From NCBI GenBank assembly GCA_037440005.1, contig JBBIUY010000004.1, forward strand, positions 1-64,000: a stretch of DNA of 64,000 bases. The letters run 5' to 3'. The translations under genes and the position numbers were made by a program. The stretch comes from Armatimonadota bacterium. Its GTDB lineage: Bacteria > Sysuimicrobiota > Sysuimicrobiia > Sysuimicrobiales > Kaftiobacteriaceae. Below the pieces are notes generated by a model, which saw only the letters and a list, made by a program, of their open reading frames with translations, was not told the DNA's origin and made no database searches. Numbering within the stretch: position 1 is the stretch's first letter; the number at the start of each line of letters is the position of its first letter. This document shows positions 32,505-40,706 of the stretch, one piece after another.

Positions 32505-32815
32505 CACCTGCTCCTGGCCTTTTACCTGTTGCTGCGCCAGTTCCTCGCCGGGCGCAGCCGCATCGCGGTGCCCGTGGCGGCCGGGGTCCTGGTGAACGTC
32601 GCCGCGGTGGGCAAACGCATCCTGATCGTGGTTCCCTCCCAGACCCACGGGGCGATGCTGCCCTATCCGCCCGGGTGTACGCCCCCACCTGGGTGGAGTA
32701 CAGTAGCGTGGGAGGGCTGGTGGCTCTGGGCACGCTGCTGTACGTCCTGTTCGCCAAGGTGTTTCCCCTCATCGACCTGCCGGAAGACGTGTCGGAGGGA
32801 GCTCGACGACGGTGA
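32505..32815 (+). pseudogene. C-terminal fragment of an NrfD/PsrC membrane anchor
   Basis: VLVNVAAVGKRILIVVP..YAPTWVEY..FAKVFP, similar to the C-terminus of 50217-51776; frameshift near 32675. Confidence 0.75.
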
Positions 32816-33048
32816 GGACGCTCATCACCCGGACGCTGGTGGTGGTGGGCCTGGCCACGGCCACGGTGAGTTTCGCCCTGGCCCTGCCGCTGCGTCTGCC
32901 GGGCGCGGCGGCGGGGATCCCGGCGGTGGCGCGCCCGATCCCGTACCTGCCGGCGGCGTTCATCGCGGGGCTCATGCTGGTGTTCCTGGCGGCGGTGGCC
33001 TACGAACTGCTAACCGACCGCGACACCACCGAGCCGTGGCGGCCGTAG
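32812..33048 (+). CDS. Small 2-TM protein of the molybdoenzyme operon
   Basis: GTGA overlap, two TM helices. Confidence 0.6.
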   Translation: MRTLITRTLVVVGLATATVSFALALPLRLPGAAAGIPAVARPIPYLPAAFIAGLMLVFLAAVAYELLTDRDTTEPWRP

Positions 33049-33058
33049 GGAGGACCCC

Positions 33059-33746
33059 ATGGGCCTGCGGGGTGTGGCCTGCGCGCGGGCCGAGGCGTAC
33101 CAGGCGCTGGCGCAGGTCCTCCACTACCCCGACGGCGGGCGTCTGACCACCTTCCCCCGCACGGCCGCGCGCCTGCGGCGGCGGATCGATGCCCTCGCGG
33201 GCCTGGCGCAGTTCGATCCCGCCCGGCGCCTGGTGAGCCTGCTGGAGGCTGTGGCCCGGCAGGACCCCCGGACCGTCCAGGCGACGTACGTCCGGGTGTT
33301 CGGGGTGGACGGAGCGGGCGGACGGCCCCCTGCGAGTCGTACTACCGGTCGCGCTCTCCCGCCGACGTTCCCCTGTTGATGGCCGCCCTGGAGCGCGTCT
33401 ACGCCGCCGCCGGGCTGGCGGTCGATGCCGCAGGGGGTCTGCCGCCGGACCACCTCGTCGTCCAGATGGAGTTCATGGCCGTGCTGTGCGCCCGGGAGGG
33501 GGCGGCGTGGCGATCACCCCGCGGGGCGGCGGACGAGCTCGTCGCAGAGCAGCGGTTTCTCCGCTCCCACTGGCTGTCTGGCTGCCGGCGCTGGGCTCGG
33601 ACGTCGCCCGGTGGGACCCGGTGGGCGCGTATGCCGGGATCGTCGGGTGTGCGGCCGACCTGGTGCGGCACGACCTGGCGTTCCTCGCCGCCCTGATGCG
33701 CGCCAGCGGCGCCGGTGTGCCGGCGGGGGAGGCCCTCCGGCCATGA
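33059..33746 (+). pseudogene. TorD/DmsD-family chaperone with two frameshifts
   Basis: RAEAYQALA..YP, PPDHL..MEFM and FL..HL..WLP split over three frames (breaks near 33330 and 33570). Confidence 0.75.
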
Positions 33747-34315
33747 GCGGGCCCGGCGCCGACCGTCCGGCCGTCGGGGTCTTTTTGTGCGAGCACCTGG
33801 AGGCTCGCTGGGGCCTGCCGGTCTCGCAGGTGCAGCGGTGGGCGGCCGGCACGCCGGCCCTCACCCTCCGCGTGGTCAGGGGGGTGTGTGAGTCGCCGCG
33901 GGCGCTGCAGGAGCCCCTGGCCCGGAGCGGTGTGTCCCGGGCGGTGCTGGGGCTGTGCCGCCGGCCCGCCTCCCGGGCGGACCTGCAGGCCGCGGTCCGC
34001 CGGGCCGGGCTAGATCCCGCCGGCGTGGAGGTGGTGGACCTGGGCACCTACGCCGCGCGGGCCCACCGTCCTCCCGACGCGGGCCGCAAGGCCGTCATCC
34101 TGCTGGCCGGCGCCGTCGCGCGGGCCCGGGCGTTCGTCGGCAGCCTCCCCCACCATCACGTGCCGGTCTTCCCCCGGACCGTCAGCCGGAGGTCTTTACT
34201 GACCCTGTCGGCGCTGGAATACCGGTCGGCTCTCCCCAAGATCGAGGTCCGCCGGACCGGCGCGGTCTCCGACCGCCCCCCCGGCGGGGCCGGTGGTGGC
34301 CCGGGTGAGCGATGA
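33743..34315 (+). pseudogene. Probably truncated N-terminus of a 4Fe-4S (HdrA-like/polyferredoxin) protein
   Basis: VGVFLC..GVC..VLGLC, VSRRSLL; degenerates near 34245 with no ferredoxin motif. Confidence 0.45.
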
Positions 34316-34449
34316 CCGCTCGGAGGGAGCGTTCGCCCCCACCGACATCCCCACTCTGGCTGACCACCTGCTGGCATCCGTCCTCGGTCCCCCGGCACAG
34401 TCCGCCCCGTAGGCCTCCCGGCGGCCCCCGGGCGGGCGCGCCGACGGCG

Positions 34450-34503
34450 TTCACGGATTCTTCACGGGTGCTTCACGGCCGGTTCTCCGGGGAAGGCTAG
34501 CGT
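34450..34503 (+). promoter_or_regulatory. OmpR/PhoB-type tandem boxes TTCACGG at 11-bp period with -10 TAGCGT
   Basis: TTCACGG at 34450, 34461 and 34472; degenerate TTCTCCG at 34483. Confidence 0.7.
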
Positions 34504-34556
34504 CGACGGTGAGGGCGGGAAGCCCGAATACCTCTGACGCAGGGAGGAGGATGACG

Positions 34557-35246
34557 ATGTCTGTGCGGCTCCTGTACGTGGCTGCCGGCGTGGTCGCGCT
34601 GGCGGCGGCAGTGGCCCTCCCGGCCTTCAGCCAGCCCCGGTTGGGCGGCTGGGGCGGGTGCGCGGGTTTCGGCCCCACGGCACCGGCCGCGGGGCCCCTG
34701 ACCATCGACGCCGCAGCGGACCGCGCCCGGCAGGCGCTGGCGGCGTGGGGGAACCCCGATCTGGCGGTGAAAGAGGTCATGGAGTTCAGCAACCACTTCT
34801 ACGTGCTGGTGGTCGAGCGCAGCACGGGCCGCGGGGCGATGGAGCTCATCGTGGAGCGCTCCGGTCTCGTGCGCCCCGAGCCCGGTCCCAACATGATGTG
34901 GAACCTCAAGTACGGCCACATGGGCGGGACGGGCTGGGGCATGATGGGCGGCCGGGGTATGATGGGACCCGGCTGGGGAGGCGGCCGCGCGCCCGGCGGG
35001 TGGGGGCCCCCGCAGGCCGGTGAGCCGCTGACGGCGGAGCGGGCGCGGGAGATCGCCGCCCAGTTCCGGAAGTCGGCGTTTCCCGGCGCCGAGCCGGACG
35101 AGCACGGGGTGGCTTTCTACGGATACGTCACCTTTGACGTGGAGCGCGCCGGGCGGCCGGTCGGCATGCTGAGCGTGAACGCCTCCACCGGCCAGGTCTG
35201 GTACCACGCCTGGCACGGGGCGTTCGTCCGGGAGAAGGAGTTCTGA
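34557..35246 (+). CDS. Exported Gly/Met-rich PepSY-like protein
   Basis: Signal peptide, EVMEFSNHFY, PEPGPNMMWNLKYG, GMMG repeats, FYGYVT..SVNASTGQVWYH.WHG. Confidence 0.75.
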   Translation: MSVRLLYVAAGVVALAAAVALPAFSQPRLGGWGGCAGFGPTAPAAGPLTIDAAADRARQALAAWGNPDLAVKEVMEFSNHFYVLVVERSTGRGAMELIVERSGLVRPEPGPNMMWNLKYGHMGGTGWGMMGGRGMMGPGWGGGRAPGGWGPPQAGEPLTAERAREIAAQFRKSAFPGAEPDEHGVAFYGYVTFDVERAGRPVGMLSVNASTGQVWYHAWHGAFVREKEF

Positions 35247-35260
35247 GGAGGGATCCGACG

Positions 35261-35581
35261 GTGAGCGGACGCGATCTGGCGGTGGTGCTGCTGGTGGTCC
35301 TGGGCGCCCTGATCCTGCTGCCCGCCCTGGGGATGGCGGTGGGGGGATGCGGCGGGTGGATGGGGCCGGGCATGATGGGTCGCTGGGGCTGGGGCCCGTG
35401 GGGAGGAGGGTGGGGACTCGTGGCGATGCTGCTGGCGCTGGCGGGGATCGTGCTGGTGGTCCTGGCCCTGGGGCGCCGGGAGGCCAGGGGGGACGAGGCG
35501 CTACAGATCCTGCGGCGCCGCCTGGCCAGCGGGGAGATCACCCCGGAGCAGTTCGAGGAACTCCGCAAGACGCTGCAGTAG
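35261..35581 (+). CDS. SHOCT-domain membrane protein
   Basis: GMMG linker, 2 TM helices, ALQILRRRLASGEITPEQFEE. Confidence 0.85.
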   Translation: MSGRDLAVVLLVVLGALILLPALGMAVGGCGGWMGPGMMGRWGWGPWGGGWGLVAMLLALAGIVLVVLALGRREARGDEALQILRRRLASGEITPEQFEELRKTLQ

Positions 35582-35585
35582 ATCC

Positions 35586-35621
35586 CGGCCTCCGGGAGAC
35601 CGGCCGGTCTCCCGGAGGCCG
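35586..35621. repeat. Perfect 36-bp loopless palindrome
   Basis: CGGCCTCCGGGAGACCGG|CCGGTCTCCCGGAGGCCG. Confidence 0.9.
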
Positions 35622-35639
35622 ATGCGGGTGTGACCCACC

Positions 35640-36380
35640 GTGGGCCGACGGGTGGTGCTGGTGGTGGAGGACGAGCCGGAGATCGCCGACGCCCTGCGCC
35701 AGTACCTGGAAAAGGACGGGTACACGGTGGCGGTGGCCGGCGACGGGCAGCGGGCCCTGGCCGAGTTCGCCCGCCTGCGGCCCGACCTGGTCCTGCTGGA
35801 CCTGATGCTGCCCGGCCTGGACGGATGGGAGGTGACCCGCCGCATCCGCCAACAGGGGGTCACGCCCATCATCATGCTCACCGCCCGCAGCGCCGAGGTG
35901 GACAAGCTGGTGGGCCTGGAGCTGGGCGCCGACGACTACATCACCAAGCCCTTTTCGCCCCGGGAGGTGGTGGCCAGGGTCCGGGCGGTGCTGCGCCGCG
36001 CCCGGGGCGGCGAGCCGGCGGCGGAGGTCGTGCGGGTGCACGACCTGGAGATCGATCCGACCCGGATGGAGGTGCGCCGGGGCGGGGTCCCGGTGACCCT
36101 CACGCCCACCGAGTTCAAACTCCTCCACGTCCTGGCGCGCCATCCCGGGCGGGTGTTCACCCGCATGCAGCTCATCGACCAGGTGCAGGGGTACGCCTTC
36201 GAGGGCTACGAGCGCACCGTGGACGCCCACATCAAGAACCTGCGGCGCAAGCTGGAGCCCGACCCCCGCCGCCCCCGCTACGTCCTCACCGTGCGCGGCG
36301 TGGGCTACCGGTTCGCCGAGGAGACCCGGCCCGGCGAAGGCGCCCCCGACGCGCGCCGGGCGGAGGACTCCCATGGGTAG
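35640..36380 (+). CDS. OmpR-family response regulator
   Basis: VEDE, LLDLMLP, GADDYITKPF; wHTH RTVDAHIKNLRRK. Confidence 0.95.
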   Translation: MGRRVVLVVEDEPEIADALRQYLEKDGYTVAVAGDGQRALAEFARLRPDLVLLDLMLPGLDGWEVTRRIRQQGVTPIIMLTARSAEVDKLVGLELGADDYITKPFSPREVVARVRAVLRRARGGEPAAEVVRVHDLEIDPTRMEVRRGGVPVTLTPTEFKLLHVLARHPGRVFTRMQLIDQVQGYAFEGYERTVDAHIKNLRRKLEPDPRRPRYVLTVRGVGYRFAEETRPGEGAPDARRAEDSHG

Positions 36381-37494
36381 CGTGCGCGGGCGGCTCATCG
36401 TGGTCCTGGTCCTGGTGGCCTGGCTGTCGGTGGCGGTGGTGGGCGCGGTGACGGCCCGGCTGACGGCCGAGCGGTTCACCCTGTACCTGCGCCACAGTCC
36501 GATGATGCGGTCCCTGCCCGGCATGGAGGCGATGATGCGGGCGATGATGGGCGCCCCCGAGCGCGAATTCCTCCGGGGGGTGCGCCGCGCCATCTGGACG
36601 GCCGCGGTGCTGGGGCTGGCGGTGGCGGTGGTCCTGGGCACCCTGACCGCGCGTCAGCTCACCCAGCCCCTCCGGCGCCTGGCCGAGGCGGCGCGCCGGG
36701 TGGGCCGGGGCGACCTGGCGATCCGGGTGCCGGTGGACTCCAACGACGAGGTCGGAGAGGTGGCCCGGACGTTCAACGCCATGGTGGCCGAGCTGCACCG
36801 CAGCGAGGAGGACCGCCGCCGCCTGCTCGCCGACATCGCCCACGAACTGGGGACTCCCCTGGCCGCGCTGCAGGCCAACGTGGAGGGCATGCTGGACCGG
36901 GTGGTGGAGCCCACCCCCGCCAAGCTGGCCGCCCTGCACACCCAGATCCGGCTGCTGGCCCGGCTGGTCAGGGACCTGCAGGACCTCTCCCTGGCGCAGC
37001 AGGGGCGGCTGCCCCTGGACCGGCGGCCGGTGGACCTGGCCGAGCTGGTGCGGCAGGTCGTGGAGGTGGCGCGCCCGGCGGCCGAGGACAAGGGCGTCGC
37101 CCTGACCGCCTCCGCCGACGGGGCGCTGACGGTGCTCGCGGACCGCGAGCGCATCTCCCAGGTGCTGCACAACCTGCTGGCCAACGCCATCCGCTACACC
37201 GAGCCCGGAGGACGGATCACGGTGACGGCCCGCCGGGAGGGGGGCGAGGTGCGGGTGGAGGTGGCCGACACCGGCGTGGGAATCCCGGACTCGGACCTCC
37301 CGCACGTCTTCGACCGGTTCCACCGGGTGGACCGCTCGCGGTCCCGCAGCAGCGGCGGGGCCGGGCTGGGCCTGGCCATCGTCAAGCACCTGGTGGAAGC
37401 CCACGGCGGACGGGTGTGGGCCCGCAGCCAGGTGGGCAGGGGGAGCACCTTCGGTTTCGCGCTGCCGTCCGGCGAAGGCGGCGGCCAGACCTGA
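36373..37494 (+). CDS. BaeS-like sensor histidine kinase with short Met-rich loop
   Basis: 2 TM helices, HAMP, ADIAHELGTPL, NLLANA, GAGLGL. Confidence 0.93.
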   Translation: MGSVRGRLIVVLVLVAWLSVAVVGAVTARLTAERFTLYLRHSPMMRSLPGMEAMMRAMMGAPEREFLRGVRRAIWTAAVLGLAVAVVLGTLTARQLTQPLRRLAEAARRVGRGDLAIRVPVDSNDEVGEVARTFNAMVAELHRSEEDRRRLLADIAHELGTPLAALQANVEGMLDRVVEPTPAKLAALHTQIRLLARLVRDLQDLSLAQQGRLPLDRRPVDLAELVRQVVEVARPAAEDKGVALTASADGALTVLADRERISQVLHNLLANAIRYTEPGGRITVTARREGGEVRVEVADTGVGIPDSDLPHVFDRFHRVDRSRSRSSGGAGLGLAIVKHLVEAHGGRVWARSQVGRGSTFGFALPSGEGGGQT

Positions 37495-37535
37495 GCCCGG
37501 GAGTTCGCCGGGGTGGTGCGGGGAGGGGGAGACCG

Positions 37536-38009
37536 ATGAGGACGCTGGTGGTCACGGCGCTGGTGGCGGGCCTGGCGGCGGGGATGCCGACCCCCGGGGC
37601 CACCGCGCCGCCACCCGCGGACGTCCTCGTGGAGGGGCGGGTGAGCGAGGGACATACCCTGCGCGACGGGGGGCAGGGCGGGGTGTGGATCGAGGCGACT
37701 CACCTGAGCCCGCAGTCTGTCCCTTCCCGGGCCCGGTCCGTCCTGCAGCGATACCCCCTGGACCGCCACACGGTCTTCGTGATCGCCATGGACACCCACA
37801 GCGTGGACCTGAGTCGGTACGACATGGAGAGACTCTCCGAGCTGCGCGCGGGCGGGAGGGGCTACGCCCCGGTCCGGTGGGAGGCCATCGCCGAGAGCAG
37901 CCACCACCGGCTGGGCGCGCTGATCTTCCCCCGTGTGGACCTGCCGGCCGACCTGGTGATCGCGGGTGTCGCCGGGGTGCCGGCGCGCGTCTTCCGGTGG
38001 CTGCCGTGA
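37536..38009 (+). CDS. Exported hypothetical protein (MDTHSVDL, SHH motifs)
   Basis: Signal peptide; His motifs suggest metal binding. Confidence 0.7.
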   Translation: MRTLVVTALVAGLAAGMPTPGATAPPPADVLVEGRVSEGHTLRDGGQGGVWIEATHLSPQSVPSRARSVLQRYPLDRHTVFVIAMDTHSVDLSRYDMERLSELRAGGRGYAPVRWEAIAESSHHRLGALIFPRVDLPADLVIAGVAGVPARVFRWLP

Positions 38010-38470
38010 TGGCCCCGTTCCGGATCCCGGATGCGCGGCAGGTCCGCCGGCCGCTGCTGGCGGGGGTGCTGTCCGCCGCCGGGCTAGCCGCCGCCTACAG
38101 CCTCGTCATCGGGCTGGCATCGCGGTCCTGGCCGCACCTGGCGGAGCAGTGGCGGACCGACGGGGCGTTCGTGGCGCTGGTGGTCGCCGGCTTCGGCATC
38201 CAGGTGGGCCTGTACCAGCACGTCCGGCGGGTGGTGCGCGCCCCCGCCGCGGTGGCCGCCGGCGGCACGGCCACCTCCACCGCGGCCATGGTGGCCTGCT
38301 GCCTGCACCACCTGTCGGACGTGGCCCCACTGATCGGGCTGGCGGGGGCGGCCGCGTTCCTGACCCGCTACAAGGTGCCGGTGATCCTGGTCAGCCTGGG
38401 GGCCAACGGGGTGGGGATCGCCTGGATGGTGCGCACGCTCCGCCGCGCGCGGACGGCGGCGTGCGGCTGA
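38009..38470 (+). CDS. Membrane protein with MVACCLHH motif
   Basis: About 4 TM helices; CCxHH suggests a metal-binding site. Confidence 0.7.
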   Translation: MAPFRIPDARQVRRPLLAGVLSAAGLAAAYSLVIGLASRSWPHLAEQWRTDGAFVALVVAGFGIQVGLYQHVRRVVRAPAAVAAGGTATSTAAMVACCLHHLSDVAPLIGLAGAAAFLTRYKVPVILVSLGANGVGIAWMVRTLRRARTAACG

Positions 38471-38521
38471 CGGGACCTGGTGCCTCGGGTCGCGCCGGCG
38501 GCGCGGTCTCAGGGCTGGCGG

Positions 38522-38914
38522 TCAGGCCCTCTGCACCTGCAGGGTGCGCAGAGGGCAATAGGCGTCCCGCCACATCTTCTGCTGCCGGGCCCACTGGGCC
38601 CACACGTCGTCGCCCAGCTCGGCCCGGCGGGCGGCGGAGAAGATGCGGATGTCCTCTCCGCGGCTTTCGGCGGCGAAGTGCACCAGCAGGATGCACGGGA
38701 ACTCCGGGCACAGGCCGCAGTGCTCCACCCGGTGCTCCCGCGCGCAGGAGTAGATCGGGCAGATCTTCTCCAAGCGGACCTCGCCCTGGGTGGCGCAGGT
38801 GGCGGCCAGGGCCTCGTACCAGGCGCTGCCTTCCCAGTACAGGCCGCAGACGGCGGCAAAGTCCTCCGGCGCCTGTTTGGGGGACGCGCCGGTTGACCTC
38901 CCGGATACGGTCAT
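38522..38914 (-). CDS. DUF3795-like Cys-rich protein
   Basis: AVCGLY..CPIYSC..VEHCGLCPEFPC; GGAGG RBS. Confidence 0.75.
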   Translation of the reverse strand: MTVSGRSTGASPKQAPEDFAAVCGLYWEGSAWYEALAATCATQGEVRLEKICPIYSCAREHRVEHCGLCPEFPCILLVHFAAESRGEDIRIFSAARRAELGDDVWAQWARQQKMWRDAYCPLRTLQVQRA

Positions 38915-38935
38915 GGCGGTTCGCCTCCGGCGTCC

Positions 38936-38981
38936 AGCCTAGCCACACGGGACCGCAGAGGCCATCGGGCGGACACTGTAT
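38936..38981 (-). promoter_or_regulatory. Operator ATACA-N8-CCGAT (38964-38981) with -10 TAGGCT
   Basis: 22-nt spacing; 18 of 20 nt identical to the 43105 site. Confidence 0.6.
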
Positions 38982-39025
38982 ACCCGGAGCTCGCGCCCCG
39001 ACGGACAGGAGGGCCGGGGCGGGAC

Positions 39026-39868
39026 CTACCGGGACGTCTCCTGGCGGTAGCCGCTGAGAGCGGCGAGCTCCTGCAGGGACAGCACGCCTTCATAGCGGCG
39101 GCCGCCGATGTCCCACGTCGGGTAGGCGCGGACCCCGGCCGCCGCGCACACCTCGGGCTGTCCGATGGGGGATCGGGGATCGCACTCGATGTACGGCAGC
39201 AGCGCCGCGGCGTCCCCGAACAGGGCCTTCTGGTCCGCGCAGTGGGGGCACCAGTATGCCCCGTAGAACTTCGCCCCGGTGGCGGACAGGTGGCGGGCCA
39301 GGCCGGCCGCAAACGACGCGTCCGGCGGGGTCGGCGCGGACAGCCGGTAGCCCGAGATCAGGAACACCACAGCCGCAGCGGCGGCGGCCGCCGTCCACCT
39401 CCAGGTTCCCGCCGCGGGCCGGCGGGGCCGTCGGACGATCAGGAGTCCCAGGAGGGCCACGGTCAGCAGCGCGGAGACGACGCACAAGCTGCAGGTGACC
39501 TGCAGGAGCACCCGCTGGACCACGGTGAAGACCGCCGAGGCGGCGACGCCGGCGCCGGCCACGGGCACCGCCACCGCCCAGCGGCGGTCCTCCGGGGCCG
39601 GGCGCAACCCCAGGGCCAGCAGGCTCCCGTAGTACCCCAGGCCCAACAGGGCGACCGGGATCCCGAAGACCGCCGCATAGCGGCTGGACTGCACCACGTC
39701 GCACCCGCCCCCCGCCGGGCAGTACACCGGGACGTGGGCGGCGCGCGCGTACAGCAGGTAGGCGCTGAGGACGACGCCGAGCCCGCTGAGGATCGCCAGC
39801 CGGAGATCCGGCGACCTCACTGCGGCGCGGCTGCGGCGGTCCGGTCGGCGGGGAGTCGGCCTTGTCAT
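39026..39868 (-). CDS. VKOR-thioredoxin fusion (disulfide-bond formation)
   Basis: YCP..GCDVVQSSRYA, CSLC; C-terminal YGAYWCPHC..YPTW. Confidence 0.9.
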   Translation of the reverse strand: MTRPTPRRPDRRSRAAVRSPDLRLAILSGLGVVLSAYLLYARAAHVPVYCPAGGGCDVVQSSRYAAVFGIPVALLGLGYYGSLLALGLRPAPEDRRWAVAVPVAGAGVAASAVFTVVQRVLLQVTCSLCVVSALLTVALLGLLIVRRPRRPAAGTWRWTAAAAAAAVVFLISGYRLSAPTPPDASFAAGLARHLSATGAKFYGAYWCPHCADQKALFGDAAALLPYIECDPRSPIGQPEVCAAAGVRAYPTWDIGGRRYEGVLSLQELAALSGYRQETSR

Positions 39869-39877
39869 CCTCCGCCC

Positions 39878-39923
39878 ATCATACCCCGCCGCCACCGCTC
39901 CGTCCACCGGACGGCCGCTGGAT
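39878..39923 (-). promoter_or_regulatory. Degenerate operator ATCCA-N8-CCGGT (39906-39923) with -10 TATGAT
   Basis: 22-nt spacing. Confidence 0.45.
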
Positions 39924-39934
39924 GGCCACCGGGA

Positions 39935-40513
39935 TCACCCCGCCGGCCCTGCGAACACTTTCCCCGGCCGCCAGGGCGTGCCCAGCAGGGGCAGCAGCCA
40001 GCGGTCCAGGCCGTAGTGGCCGGCGACCTTCCAGGCCAGGATCAGCAGGATGGCGGCGGTGAACAGCAGGGGGTTGGTGCTGGCGGTGCCCGCCATCATG
40101 AAGTTCCAGTTCATAAAGCCGGCGAAGAAGGCGGCGATCCCCACAAACGCCCCCAGGATCAGCGCCACGCCCACCAGCAGCTCGCCGTAGGCCACCAGTT
40201 TGGCGAACCAGGTGTAGGCCTGGATGTCCAGCAGCCACTGGAGGAAGGCGCGGTACCAGGGGAACGCCACCGGGGGCCGGGCCGGGGGCGGGGGCACCTG
40301 GACGGCGCGCTCCCAGAACGCCTTCAGGGCGGTCCCGGTGCCGGTCCAGGCCTCCACGCCGATCTTGTGCCGGGCGGCGTCCACCCACTGCCAGCCCAGC
40401 CACACCCGGACCACCGCCCACAGCCAGGCATAGCGGGTGGTGTTGAACAGGATCTGGACCCACGGGGGGTCCCCGTAGATTTCGGCGGTCGCCCGCCCTT
40501 CCTGTTCGGTCAT
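39935..40513 (-). CDS. DoxX/DoxD-family membrane protein
   Basis: RVWLGWQW, GELLVGVALILG, AGTASTNP, GLDRW. Confidence 0.88.
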   Translation of the reverse strand: MTEQEGRATAEIYGDPPWVQILFNTTRYAWLWAVVRVWLGWQWVDAARHKIGVEAWTGTGTALKAFWERAVQVPPPPARPPVAFPWYRAFLQWLLDIQAYTWFAKLVAYGELLVGVALILGAFVGIAAFFAGFMNWNFMMAGTASTNPLLFTAAILLILAWKVAGHYGLDRWLLPLLGTPWRPGKVFAGPAG

Positions 40514-40629
40514 GCCGCCTCACCCCCCGACCGATCCTTTCCGACGACACTTCGATCGACCGGACCCTCCCGCCTGCCGGGGAGGGAGCCCGGGCCGACA
40601 GGGGATCCGGCTCGGGCGGGCGCCCGTTC

Positions 40630-40677
40630 CCATCGGTCCTCGGCCTGATGGCAAGGGTCGGAGCGCGCTCTTAGAGT
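40630..40677 (+). promoter_or_regulatory. Operator CCATCGG-N8-CTGATGG (core 40632-40649) with -10 TAGAGT
   Basis: 22-nt spacing; lies between divergent doxX and kinase genes. Confidence 0.7.
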
Positions 40678-40706
40678 GAAGATGGCGAACCCGGCGGGAG
40701 GTGGCC

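Noticed and set aside
39935..40513. Thiosulfate:quinone oxidoreductase
   Set aside because: Only a DoxD/DoxX-like domain is present with no DoxA partner, so the function cannot be assigned
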